Shown one piece after another: positions 17,588-26,927 of a stretch of 64,000 bases of DNA. The notes under the pieces are model-generated. The model was given only the letters and a program-made list of their open reading frames with translations, was not told the origin of the DNA and did not search any database. The translations under genes and the position numbers were made by a program. The stretch spans positions 248,001-312,000 of the IMG/VR virus record IMGVR_UViG_3300046692_000091. One strand, 5' to 3'. Position 1 is the first letter of the stretch; each line of letters begins with the position of its first letter.

Positions 17588-18103
17588 ATGACTGATGCAG
17601 CTGTAGAACCAACCAGCCTGGAACAAGAAGAATCGCAAAACATGCGTATCCGTAATCTAGAGAAACGTATCCACCTGCTGGAAGAACGTCTCCTAGTAAC
17701 CGATTCTGCACTGGAACGCGTTATCTCCCTGGTGCGTGAGAATGCCCAAGCCCAAGCGCGTAAGATGCTGGAAACTCTGTCCGGCGTATTCCATGGTCTG
17801 TCTGATCAACTGTCCGCTATCTCCGCTATCCCAACTGTTGAACAATACGGTGTGCAGCGTGTAGATGAAGGTACTCCGGGTAGTGTAATCGTTTCCCGTA
17901 AAGGGGATGTCTACACCTTCGCTAATAGCGACGCTCCAGAAGTCCTGATCAACCAAGGTACTGAAATCCTGGTAGATGTATTCAATCGCAAACAATGTCT
18001 CGCTGATGGGGATACCGCTTGGTTTACCCTGTTCCTAGATAGCAAGGTGCCAAATGACGGAATTCCCGCAACCCCAGAAAGTGCAGACGAAGTCAGCGCG
18101 TGA
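17588..18103 (+). CDS. hypothetical protein with an N-terminal coiled coil
   Basis: 171 aa, heptad-rich IRNLEKRIHLLEERL; starts directly after the previous stop. Confidence 0.7.
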   Translation: MTDAAVEPTSLEQEESQNMRIRNLEKRIHLLEERLLVTDSALERVISLVRENAQAQARKMLETLSGVFHGLSDQLSAISAIPTVEQYGVQRVDEGTPGSVIVSRKGDVYTFANSDAPEVLINQGTEILVDVFNRKQCLADGDTAWFTLFLDSKVPNDGIPATPESADEVSA

Positions 18104-18701
18104 TGAACGCATTGCACGGGAACTAGGGGAGCGTCCGAAAGAATACGCTTCTAAGATCCTGGACTTCGTGGATGAGCATCTACCGACTATTAATGAATCG
18201 GCATTTATTAAGCAAGTAGTTCCATTGCTTGAGAAGATCCTGGTTCCGGCTAACCGCAAGGCGTATCAACGTTTTGTGGTTGACCTGATGATGCCTCTCA
18301 AAGTCGTGGATGACCATGACAAGACTAAAGTAGTACACGTCGTACCAGCTTTGTCTCGAACACCCCGCACTACGATCCCACAAGCGGATGGTGGCTTATC
18401 TGTGGGTGATGTCATCCACAACATGAACCGTTACCGGGATCTGCATCGGATAGATCTGATTGATGATACAATGCGAGGTTTCTTGCAGCGTATTACAATC
18501 CTACCCGACACCATCGACGATATTCTTTTACCTATCCACCGTATCTTACAGGTGTATGGCAGAGAACTCGATGTTACTGCAGATGCCAAAAACCCATTGG
18601 GTAAAGATGCACTTCCTCCGTCAGCGGATGTCAGGGGGGAGCTCGTCTCTACTCTGTCGCCACCATCCAGCTGTTTTACTGACGAAGAAGATGAAGACTG
18701 A
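18054..18701 (+). CDS. conserved hypothetical protein
   Basis: 215 aa, acidic C-terminus, precedes sbcD as in the family block. Confidence 0.7.
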   Translation: MTEFPQPQKVQTKSARDERIARELGERPKEYASKILDFVDEHLPTINESAFIKQVVPLLEKILVPANRKAYQRFVVDLMMPLKVVDDHDKTKVVHVVPALSRTPRTTIPQADGGLSVGDVIHNMNRYRDLHRIDLIDDTMRGFLQRITILPDTIDDILLPIHRILQVYGRELDVTADAKNPLGKDALPPSADVRGELVSTLSPPSSCFTDEEDED

Positions 18702-19830
18702 TAGAACCAAAATGCCAGGCGTCTTTCGTTATCTAAGTTTAGGCGATGTCCATCTCGGGCATCGTTCTACTCCAGCTAGTATGATTATCCGTAACTTGGA
18801 ACTTACCATTACGGATGAACTATTAAAAGAAGTAGACATGTTGATCATTACAGGTGACCTGTTCGATCGACAGCTGAACAATGGTGATGAAGTCGTACAC
18901 CAAATCAACCGTTGGATTACATTACTGATGCTGCGTTGTGCAGCGTACAAAGTAATGATCCGGATTGTTGAAGGTACACCAAGCCATGACCGTGAGCAAT
19001 CACGATTCTTCACCGAACAACGTATCAACGCAAACATCGACGTTGATCTGCACTATACCAAGAATCTGTCCATCGAATACATCGAGAGATTAGATTCATA
19101 TTTCCTTTATGTTCCCGATAAGCATAATCCGTCCACTGATGTGACACTGAAAGAAGTGAAGCAACAGATGGCTGAGCTAGGTATTGAGCAAGTTGACTTT
19201 GCAATCATGCATGGTGCTTTCTCTTATCAGCTCCCAGCTATCGTTCCTGAGCCGACTCACAACGAGGAAGAATACCTCAAGTTGGTTAAGCATCAGATCC
19301 TAATCGGCCATGTTCATTTAATGACCATCAACGAAAGGATTTTGGCAGCCGGTAGTTTTGATCGGATCTGTCACAATGACGAAATTGCTAAGGGGATGTT
19401 TAAAGTTACCGTTAAAGAAGACGGGACTTGGGAACGTGTGTTCATTGAAAACAGAGGGGCAAAGAAATACGTCACTCTAGAATGTCATGGCATGGATACC
19501 AAACAACTGAACTATGCGATTAGAGAATTCATCAAGGATCTGCCAAAAGGATCTTCGGTGCGTTTACGTTGCAATCCGAATGACGTAGCCAATGGCGACA
19601 TTGATACGTATCGGCGTGAATATGTTCAGTTGGATTGGCAAATCACAGTCGACAAAATAGAATCGAAAAAGAACTCGGTGGCTGAAACGTTCCAAGCCTT
19701 TGATATGGCTCAGTTCAAAGAAATCACTCGAGATTCTATCAAGGAACTCCTGGTACCCGCGTTGGCTAAGTTTGCTCCTGATGAAGCTGCCATCATGCGA
19801 TGCCTGCAACGACTGGACGGCTTAGCCTAG
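18691..19830 (+). CDS. sbcD: SbcD/Mre11-like metallophosphoesterase nuclease (phiKZ gp65-like)
   Basis: GDVHLG, ITGDLFD, EGTPSHD, MHG, IGHVH motifs. Confidence 0.9.
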   Translation: MKTDRTKMPGVFRYLSLGDVHLGHRSTPASMIIRNLELTITDELLKEVDMLIITGDLFDRQLNNGDEVVHQINRWITLLMLRCAAYKVMIRIVEGTPSHDREQSRFFTEQRINANIDVDLHYTKNLSIEYIERLDSYFLYVPDKHNPSTDVTLKEVKQQMAELGIEQVDFAIMHGAFSYQLPAIVPEPTHNEEEYLKLVKHQILIGHVHLMTINERILAAGSFDRICHNDEIAKGMFKVTVKEDGTWERVFIENRGAKKYVTLECHGMDTKQLNYAIREFIKDLPKGSSVRLRCNPNDVANGDIDTYRREYVQLDWQITVDKIESKKNSVAETFQAFDMAQFKEITRDSIKELLVPALAKFAPDEAAIMRCLQRLDGLA

Positions 19831-19839
19831 AGGCATTAA

Positions 19840-20673
19840 ATGGACATCATCGAAAGAGACGTAGGGCAGATACCGGTCAGTATCGGCACCTCTCTTGCAT
19901 TCGAAGGTTTACTGGGAATCCACCCGAACCAACCAATACAACCGACTAACGTCAAAACCATTCAGACCATCTGGGTTAACATCCGTACTCTTTCGCGAAA
20001 TCTGTTTCAGGCTGTGCCAACAGAGAAAGCGTTAGAGATGGATTATACCAACTCAGTGCAAGTGCTACTGAACGAGACTCAAGTTCTCCCAGTGGCACTT
20101 GCACAACAAGGGTATACCGGTAAGATCCGTTACTACCTAGCCTCTAAGGATGCAGTCAAATGGGCTTTCCCCAAGGCTAACTTCAAAGAGCTCAAGTCAC
20201 CTAAACAAATTGCATACGACATGTTCGAACGTTTTGTTAGCATTGAACTTTATCAACAGATGAAGGCTGCTAACATGGATGTGATGGAGATTGACCGTAA
20301 GCCTAAGTCTGGTGAAGGTATCGTAGCGATCTTAACGCATTACCCACATGAACTGTTGTGGAAGCCTCAGTTCAGCCGCCTGTTGCTATTGGAATCCCAC
20401 ACAGGGAAACTGAAGACTTACAACACGTGGTATACGAAGTTAAACGGCATCAGTGAAAACGAATACCCCATGCCATTCACCGAGTTTACACTACAAGTGT
20501 TCGGTGATGGCGAACTCATAGCTCCGCAACAACCACGTAAGATCCTGACAGAACTCAAACAGCTTTCTAAGGATAAGAAGTGGACAGGTATTACGACTCC
20601 AGACAAACTCTATCACGATGTCATGAGTTCGTCTAAGGAATTGAAAGACCTGTATAAGCTACTCAGGAAATAA
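19840..20673 (+). CDS. conserved Chimalliviridae core protein (phiKZ gp66-like)
   Basis: R.VGQIPVSIGTSLAFE, WVNIRTL.RN, LLLESHTGKLK; between sbcD and chmC. Confidence 0.7.
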   Translation: MDIIERDVGQIPVSIGTSLAFEGLLGIHPNQPIQPTNVKTIQTIWVNIRTLSRNLFQAVPTEKALEMDYTNSVQVLLNETQVLPVALAQQGYTGKIRYYLASKDAVKWAFPKANFKELKSPKQIAYDMFERFVSIELYQQMKAANMDVMEIDRKPKSGEGIVAILTHYPHELLWKPQFSRLLLLESHTGKLKTYNTWYTKLNGISENEYPMPFTEFTLQVFGDGELIAPQQPRKILTELKQLSKDKKWTGITTPDKLYHDVMSSSKELKDLYKLLRK

Positions 20674-20758
20674 TACTGGGTAGCCCAATGTTACGAGACT
20701 AAATCTGCATGCGCATGCAGCTAACTAAAAAAGCAAACATTCCGATCGGAGAAACACC

Positions 20759-21508
20759 ATGTCCCAAGGCAACATGCCAGCACCAATTCTGAACGCATTC
20801 TCGGTCATGTCGACCTGGCTGTACGCAGCTCCTGTTCAGGGTTCTACCAAACGTCCATCGATCCGCTTTGCTGTTCGTGGTAACGTACCGACGATCTTCA
20901 CCAAGACCGGGGTAGATGGCGATGAGAACCATGGCAAGATCGACTTCCGTATGGATCTCGCAACCTTCGCTGCGGCAATGCATTACATCAAGCAACTCGT
21001 GAACAAAGTTGAAGGTGTTCCAACCAAACGTATTTTCATCTATCAGGATGACTTCCTGGCAGGTAAGAAACTGGACAAAGTAATTCCTCTGTCCAAGTGG
21101 GAAATCGGTCGTGCACAAGACGGTCGTGTATACATGGCAGTGCTGTCTACCAAGACCAGTCGCCCACGTATCCCATTCTACTTCGGTCCATCCAAGTATC
21201 ACTCCATCCAGAATGGTGATGGTTCTGAGATCACCCCGGTAGAAATGTCTGAAGCCTATGCAATGGGTTTCATGGTCCCAGCTGAAGCAATCGTTTACAA
21301 CCTGATGGTTTCCTCGTTCGACGAGAATGCCAAGAACGTTGCTAACCCAGCCAACTTCGCTGGTGGTAGTGGCGGCGGTGGCGGTAATCGTGGCGGTAAC
21401 TTCGGTGGTGGTGGCCAACGTAGTGGCGGCAATAGCTACAGTGGCGGCGGTAGCAGCTCCCCTGCCCCAATGGCAGATGCTGGCTTCGGCGATGTAATGG
21501 ATTTCTGA
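20759..21508 (+). CDS. chmC: ChmC, phage-nucleus-associated RNA-binding protein (phiKZ gp67/PhiPA3 gp61-like)
   Basis: 249 aa, folded N-domain plus G/N/S-rich tail; directly upstream of the gp68/PicA block. Confidence 0.75.
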   Translation: MSQGNMPAPILNAFSVMSTWLYAAPVQGSTKRPSIRFAVRGNVPTIFTKTGVDGDENHGKIDFRMDLATFAAAMHYIKQLVNKVEGVPTKRIFIYQDDFLAGKKLDKVIPLSKWEIGRAQDGRVYMAVLSTKTSRPRIPFYFGPSKYHSIQNGDGSEITPVEMSEAYAMGFMVPAEAIVYNLMVSSFDENAKNVANPANFAGGSGGGGGNRGGNFGGGGQRSGGNSYSGGGSSSPAPMADAGFGDVMDF

Positions 21509-21563
21509 TAAAAGTATAAGGCGTCCTCATTAGAGGATGCTCTATGCCCCAACTGCGGGACTG

Positions 21564-21593
21564 GAAAAAATCTCAGATCTATATTACTACTTT
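21564..21593 (+). promoter_or_regulatory. early promoter (TATATTAC class) for the gp68-PicA-Nlp2 operon
   Basis: Exact 30-bp copy of 11339-11368. Confidence 0.85.
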
Positions 21594-21615
21594 AGATATC
21601 TGAAGAGTAAAAACG

Positions 21616-21786
21616 ATGGCAATGTCTGACTGTATCAAATGTTGGGAAACACCATGCTGCTGTGGCCACGAATACAAAACGTATCCGTTGTCTAAGCTGC
21701 TTGAGATCTACGATGTGGTAAAGAAAGAACTCGTCAGTCGGGGTAAACTTCCGGAAGAAGAGAATGTAACACCACCGCAACAATGA
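21616..21786 (+). CDS. 56-aa Cys-rich microprotein, probable Zn binder (not in ORF track)
   Basis: MAMSDCIKCWETPCCCGHEY...; first ORF after the early promoter, ending 7 nt before the gp68-like gene. Confidence 0.75.
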   Translation: MAMSDCIKCWETPCCCGHEYKTYPLSKLLEIYDVVKKELVSRGKLPEEENVTPPQQ

Positions 21787-21793
21787 GGGCTCC

Positions 21794-23368
21794 ATGCAAT
21801 TATTGGTTTCTGGTATTCAAGGTAGTGGCTTCACAGAAGTAACTGCAGAACACAAGGGTAAAAGGCTTGCGTTCACCACAAAGATCTACTGCAAGGTAAA
21901 ACTAGCAGATCAACAACGAGTCTTTAAGGAGATTAATAGTTACTGGGAATTCCTCGGTGAAGCGCCTCAAGAGAAGATCTGGGAATCTTATCAGAAGATC
22001 CATGAGATTCTGAACATGTCGTTGGATTCCATGCGAGTAGCAATGTCGCTGAGACATTACATTCGTGAACTATATACACACATGCCAATGAACGGCATGC
22101 GTCGTTGGTTGTCGACAATGGGTAACTTGTTTATCCCAGTTGAAATCGAACGTGTGATTACAGCTGAGTCCCGTTACAACAAGAAAGACCAGACGTATCT
22201 CGAGCACGAATATATCAACCTGGCAACTGTCTCGTTGGCTATCCGTCCGATGATTCCGATCTTTGGTGAGTATCTCGAAAGCAGTTCCGAGTATGACCAT
22301 AACAAAGAAACGGAAGTGTTGGGTCTGCTGCATGATTGTGAAGTAGCGAACTGGCCGTTGAATGAAGTTGGTCCTCATGGCGAGGAAGTTGATACCGCAT
22401 TCGATAAGCTTGCTGGTTATGTGCAGTTCTGTGTGGAAGATGAACCGACCACACTCGGTCGACTGTGGCGTGGGATGTCCTCGGTAGAAGTACCAGTACA
22501 CTTGCGATCCAAAGTTCTGGTTCGTCGATTGACGATTGTTCCTCTGGATGACATTACATCGTTCTCCATTGTAGCAAACGCATACCGCTACGTTCGTTCT
22601 ATCATCAACCCGAATGAACGAACCACAGCGGAACGAGTCAATGAAAAGAAACCCGAGTCTGGTGGAGATGAAGATGAAAAGACTTCCTTTCTCGAAGCGC
22701 ACAAAACCAAGCATCGGGTGCCACCAGGTGACATTGAAGCCTTCAACATCGACACTTACGATCATGTCAAACTCGCCCAGCGGGTTGATCCTACAGTTTG
22801 TCTGAAGAAGCTTCAGCAGTGCCTGAGTGCAATGAAGAATGTTCAAGGTGTGGCAATCAATCCACATCAAGTCAAGATTGCCCAATGGGTAATGGCGAAA
22901 GCATTCCCAGCCAAAGCATTCTATCACACCAACAAGATCGCTACGAACAACATGCTTGCAACTTCTCAAGCATTGCTCTGGCATTGGGGCTTCCTGGACA
23001 TCGCGGTGTTCCAGCAAGTTGAACTACTCAAGCAAGGTGAATCGGGTTCTCAATTCCAATTGGGTTCTACTCGAACGAACTCTCGCATTCCGAATCGTTA
23101 TAAAGACGAACTGAATGAACTGTTCCCTCACCAGAAGGCGCCACAGTATACCAATGCCGGTGTACCGATGCGTACTGAGAATATGGCAGGCACTGCAATC
23201 AGTACTGCTACCGCATCTATCCATGCTTCCAATTGGATCTATCGCGGACCGGATGAACTGTATAAAGAAGCTGGTCAAGTGACTAGCAACCAAGTGCTGG
23301 TGATTCCGCAGACAATCAAGGCTACGCTGACAGAACTCGTTCTGCATCTGGGCCGTCTTAATAAGTAA
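21794..23368 (+). CDS. nvRNAP promoter-specificity (sigma-like) subunit, phiKZ gp68-like
   Basis: 524 aa, LATVSLAIRPMIPIFGEY, directly upstream of PicA; size and synteny match. Confidence 0.85.
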   Translation: MQLLVSGIQGSGFTEVTAEHKGKRLAFTTKIYCKVKLADQQRVFKEINSYWEFLGEAPQEKIWESYQKIHEILNMSLDSMRVAMSLRHYIRELYTHMPMNGMRRWLSTMGNLFIPVEIERVITAESRYNKKDQTYLEHEYINLATVSLAIRPMIPIFGEYLESSSEYDHNKETEVLGLLHDCEVANWPLNEVGPHGEEVDTAFDKLAGYVQFCVEDEPTTLGRLWRGMSSVEVPVHLRSKVLVRRLTIVPLDDITSFSIVANAYRYVRSIINPNERTTAERVNEKKPESGGDEDEKTSFLEAHKTKHRVPPGDIEAFNIDTYDHVKLAQRVDPTVCLKKLQQCLSAMKNVQGVAINPHQVKIAQWVMAKAFPAKAFYHTNKIATNNMLATSQALLWHWGFLDIAVFQQVELLKQGESGSQFQLGSTRTNSRIPNRYKDELNELFPHQKAPQYTNAGVPMRTENMAGTAISTATASIHASNWIYRGPDELYKEAGQVTSNQVLVIPQTIKATLTELVLHLGRLNK

Positions 23369-23383
23369 TCAAGAGGTAGATCA

Positions 23384-25057
23384 ATGTACAACGCCATGAC
23401 TGGTATGGGCAACCCTAACGTTCGTATTGGTAATCTCGTTCTGGTTCAATCCGGTACTTACCAAGAGCAACACATGCGTCCATTCCAAATGAACGTGTCT
23501 AATGATGCAATCAATGCATTGCATTCTGCTACTCGGGGTGGTATGAACCTGGGTGTATCGGCAGTGCAGGATATTGCTGGCACGATCGTTCAGCCTGCAG
23601 CTATGACCGAAGGTGTCGTAGGCATCTGTGGTGAAGGTTGGCAGTCCCGTCGTTTCCGTGGTATGGTTCGTGTGCATGAAGAACACCCGATTGTTAAGGG
23701 TACTTCTACCCAGCGCATCTTCTTCATCTATACCGATCAGTGCGATGTGTCGTTGGGTAATCTGCTCGACCCACGCATGCGTGTCTATTTCAACTCCGAA
23801 ACTGTAATCGCTGAGAACGTGAAGCAAACCCCAATGGGACTGCAGAAGTTCGCGAAAGTAGTATCGGCTAACCAGATCGTAACTCCAGTTGACATGATGG
23901 CTGGTGGCAATGGTCTGTTCAGTGCTCCATCGTCTCACCTGATCCGTCCTGAAGATATCTTCTCGATCGGTCAGACTGGTGCTATCGTAGAACGTCTCCA
24001 GAACTCTGGTCGTTTCGCCGGTACTATCAACCGCATGCATGATCACCGGACTATGGTTGGTGAGTGCGGGGCTTATCAGTATTCCCATCGGCAGGATACT
24101 TCTCCAGTTCGTTATGTATCCAACACCCTGAGTGCATTCCAGCATTCCGTGCGTGAAGCAGACATGCTGGGTGATGATCAGTTCGGTAACACTGCAGCTA
24201 ACTCGAAAGAGCATCTGTATGGTGAAGCTCAAGCATTCTCCGCTAACCAGAACATTCACTCTAACTCCTTCTTGGCTATTCTGAAGGAACGTGCGAATTA
24301 CATGGAACGTGGTTTCGTGACTTGGGGTGAGCTGTGTGCATTGTTCCCAGAACTGGTACAGCAACACGGTTGCGCACAATGGTCGATGGACAATGGTCAG
24401 TCGATGCGGAAAGTGAACTTCGCTGATCACTCGATGCACTTCCATGGCGCAGACATGACTTCCATCGCGGCGTCTACTCTGGCTCAAACCATTCCATCGC
24501 TGATGATGGATACATTCCTGCGACATGTAAGTTTCGCAGTAACCAATGGTGACATGCCTGGGCAGTATCGTTTCGAGTTCCATGGTGAAGGCGTTAAGTC
24601 TATCATGGAAGGTGTAGACATGCGTCCGTATCTGGTAGAGTTCGAACGTCGTCTGGCAACAGATTGCTTAAACACTATCTCGATGAACAATCAGATCCCA
24701 TTCCAACTGTCCATGTCCTCCGACCTGGCTGGTGATTCGGTAATCGATATCTCGCTACAAGGTGAATCGATCATTCGCTATGTAGCTCCGACTTTCACCG
24801 ATGGTCTGTTCGCTCCAATCATTACCCGCGATCCTGCGAAGGCAAGCAAAATCGCATGCGACATGCTGTATCTGGTGTCGGAAGTTGTACCGAATGCTCC
24901 GAAGGCATCTGCGCTCCAAGCAATGGCTCAAGGTGGCGCAATGCAAGAACAGTTCATGGTTACGCCATACATGCATCCAACCATGCCAGCTGCTCAATAT
25001 AACCCTGCTCAAATTCAACAAGGTGCTCTGAATGCTGTCTCTTTCGAAGGTCTATGA
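23384..25057 (+). CDS. picA: PicA/Imp1 phage-nucleus protein import factor (phiKZ gp69-like)
   Basis: 557 aa, RPFQ...TRGG, GW...RFR, IRPEDIF; position between gp68-like and gp70-like genes. Confidence 0.8.
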   Translation: MYNAMTGMGNPNVRIGNLVLVQSGTYQEQHMRPFQMNVSNDAINALHSATRGGMNLGVSAVQDIAGTIVQPAAMTEGVVGICGEGWQSRRFRGMVRVHEEHPIVKGTSTQRIFFIYTDQCDVSLGNLLDPRMRVYFNSETVIAENVKQTPMGLQKFAKVVSANQIVTPVDMMAGGNGLFSAPSSHLIRPEDIFSIGQTGAIVERLQNSGRFAGTINRMHDHRTMVGECGAYQYSHRQDTSPVRYVSNTLSAFQHSVREADMLGDDQFGNTAANSKEHLYGEAQAFSANQNIHSNSFLAILKERANYMERGFVTWGELCALFPELVQQHGCAQWSMDNGQSMRKVNFADHSMHFHGADMTSIAASTLAQTIPSLMMDTFLRHVSFAVTNGDMPGQYRFEFHGEGVKSIMEGVDMRPYLVEFERRLATDCLNTISMNNQIPFQLSMSSDLAGDSVIDISLQGESIIRYVAPTFTDGLFAPIITRDPAKASKIACDMLYLVSEVVPNAPKASALQAMAQGGAMQEQFMVTPYMHPTMPAAQYNPAQIQQGALNAVSFEGL

Positions 25058-26465
25058 AGGTATCCTGAAGTCCATGCAATATGACGTGGACGAAACAGGA
25101 CTGGTGAGTATCATTACTCCCACAGGTACTAAGGCCGAAGCAACCGTAGGCGGCGCCCGTCTGGTAGTTCCAACTCAGAAGCGTCTGCGTGATGGCTTCA
25201 CGGAAGACCTGCAACCGTATCACCCATTGTGCGAGTCCATCTCGCGCCGTGGTACTTCCCCAGTACTGCAACACATGCAGCGTTCGGTAAAACAGCATCT
25301 GGGTTTCCTGGTGTCGTTCCTGGCCGATGCTTTGGTGAAGATGTCTCTGAATACCAGCATCCATAAAGACCTGCCACCCGACATGTCCGATGTGCTGATG
25401 AAGCTTACCGGTGTAACTGATAAGACTCAGTCGATCCTGGACAAGCTGATCCCTGCTGCACACAAACAGAATAAGCTGGTAACAGTTTATCTGAAAGGCG
25501 CTGGCACATTCCAAGGTCAGAAGGTTAATCGGATTGCTGTAATCCGTTTCCCGATCCTGGATGAGTTGGACAATGATTCTGATAAAGACATGGTCCTCGG
25601 TGTTAAGGTTCCAGCCAAGCAGCGTAAAGTGATCTCTGGTCTGCTGCGTCTGATCATTCCATTCGGTGATAGCCCTGAAGAATATTCGGCTGGTACCATC
25701 AGTCGTGTAGCTCCATTCTTCACAGCGTTCCTGCAGGCGTATCACAAGATCGCAACCCGCATGAACCAATCGATCAATCGTTTCGCTGGTCCTCTGGCAT
25801 TGCCTCTGAAACCAATCGAACTGTTCCCACTGGAATGGATCGACCAGTTCCCAGCAATCTACAACCAGATCCCATCGTTGAATGGTAATGATGGCGGTAC
25901 CGATGAAGTAGCTGAGGAAACTCAAGCAGCTCCACAAGTACAGCAACAGCGTCAATCACAGAACAATGTGGTTACTCCGACTCTGCAGAATACCATGCCG
26001 CAGATTGGTAGTCACATCGCTAACCAGTTCAACTTCAACCAGCAGCCAGTGGTTCCACAGAACCAACGACCAGCAGCAGCTTCTGCACCACAGAACCAGA
26101 AGCCTAAGCAAACCGTAGCTGATCTGATGCGTGGTACTACTCCACAAATGCCTCAGATGCCGCAGTATGCTCCACCGCAACAAATGTATCAGCAACAACA
26201 GCAATACCCACAACAGCAGATGGTTAACCAATATGGCCAGATCATCCAGCAGCAGATGCCTCAGATGCATGCAGGCGGTCAGGCTCAACTGCCATGGGTA
26301 ATGCAACAGCAACAACAGATGCAACCACAGAACCCGTACTTGCAAGTGTTCCAACAGCCTCAGATGCAACAGCAACAACCGCAGGTGATGCAGTACGGCC
26401 AATACCCACAACAACAGATGTTCCAACAACCACAACAAGTCCAATACGGAAGTAACGGACTGTAA
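25032..26465 (+). CDS. nucleus-localised protein Nlp2-like (phiKZ gp70-like) with a Q-rich tail
   Basis: 477 aa, LVVPT...L, YHPLCESI.R, APFF; ~170-aa Q/P-rich C-terminus; synteny. Confidence 0.7.
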   Translation: MLSLSKVYEGILKSMQYDVDETGLVSIITPTGTKAEATVGGARLVVPTQKRLRDGFTEDLQPYHPLCESISRRGTSPVLQHMQRSVKQHLGFLVSFLADALVKMSLNTSIHKDLPPDMSDVLMKLTGVTDKTQSILDKLIPAAHKQNKLVTVYLKGAGTFQGQKVNRIAVIRFPILDELDNDSDKDMVLGVKVPAKQRKVISGLLRLIIPFGDSPEEYSAGTISRVAPFFTAFLQAYHKIATRMNQSINRFAGPLALPLKPIELFPLEWIDQFPAIYNQIPSLNGNDGGTDEVAEETQAAPQVQQQRQSQNNVVTPTLQNTMPQIGSHIANQFNFNQQPVVPQNQRPAAASAPQNQKPKQTVADLMRGTTPQMPQMPQYAPPQQMYQQQQQYPQQQMVNQYGQIIQQQMPQMHAGGQAQLPWVMQQQQQMQPQNPYLQVFQQPQMQQQQPQVMQYGQYPQQQMFQQPQQVQYGSNGL

Positions 26466-26472
26466 CGGCATA

Positions 26473-26494
26473 TTGGGAGCCTTAGGGCTCCCAA
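26473..26494. terminator. bidirectional hairpin between convergent genes
   Basis: ttgggagcc-TTAG-ggctcccaa. Confidence 0.65.
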
Positions 26495-26497
26495 TTG

Positions 26498-26863
26498 CTA
26501 TTTAAATTTTCTACTCATATAGAGTCGAACGATGTTGTCAATCTGGTTTTGGTTAGGCCTGATCAACACTGGTCGAACCAATGGGTTACTCGGATCACGC
26601 ATTTCTTTAGCGAATTGATTCGGATTAGTCATTCCATTTATACGCAGATGAATGAAGTGGTATTCTGGAGGAATGCCCTTCTCCACTAGGTAACCGTAAA
26701 AATCACCTTCATACTGATAGAAGAGATCCAATGGGATGTCCTCTACTGCTGCGGCCCGGTTGATTAGTAAGTTGAGATGCGTCTCTAACACCAATCGGAA
26801 ATCCGAGTCGTAATATAATTCCGATCCCGGTTTAGCCATTTTGTTGAAAATCGTGAAGGCCAT
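26498..26863 (-). CDS. conserved small protein, LysM/gpX-like baseplate candidate
   Basis: YEGDFYGYL...IP...HFIHLRING..NP..F......L.RP pattern; antisense gene inside the early block. Confidence 0.6.
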   Translation of the reverse strand: MAFTIFNKMAKPGSELYYDSDFRLVLETHLNLLINRAAAVEDIPLDLFYQYEGDFYGYLVEKGIPPEYHFIHLRINGMTNPNQFAKEMRDPSNPLVRPVLIRPNQNQIDNIVRLYMSRKFK

Positions 26864-26888
26864 TGTAGTTTTCCTATTGCATTGGATT

Positions 26889-26903
26889 TCAGATATATAT
26901 CAC
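26889..26903 (+). promoter_or_regulatory. probable early promoter variant for nvRNAP beta/beta'
   Basis: TCAGATATATATCAC, same core as 9921-9935. Confidence 0.5.
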
Positions 26904-26927
26904 ACTATTGCTAACCAAACAGGAGCA

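Noticed and set aside
25920-26465. CAA/CAG-rich tract as a contingency microsatellite
   Set aside because: Codons are mixed and interrupted; it is a protein-level low-complexity region
26810-26817. TATATTAC on the minus strand
   Set aside because: It lies inside coding sequence (ELYYD) and lacks the upstream A-tract/TCAGAT context
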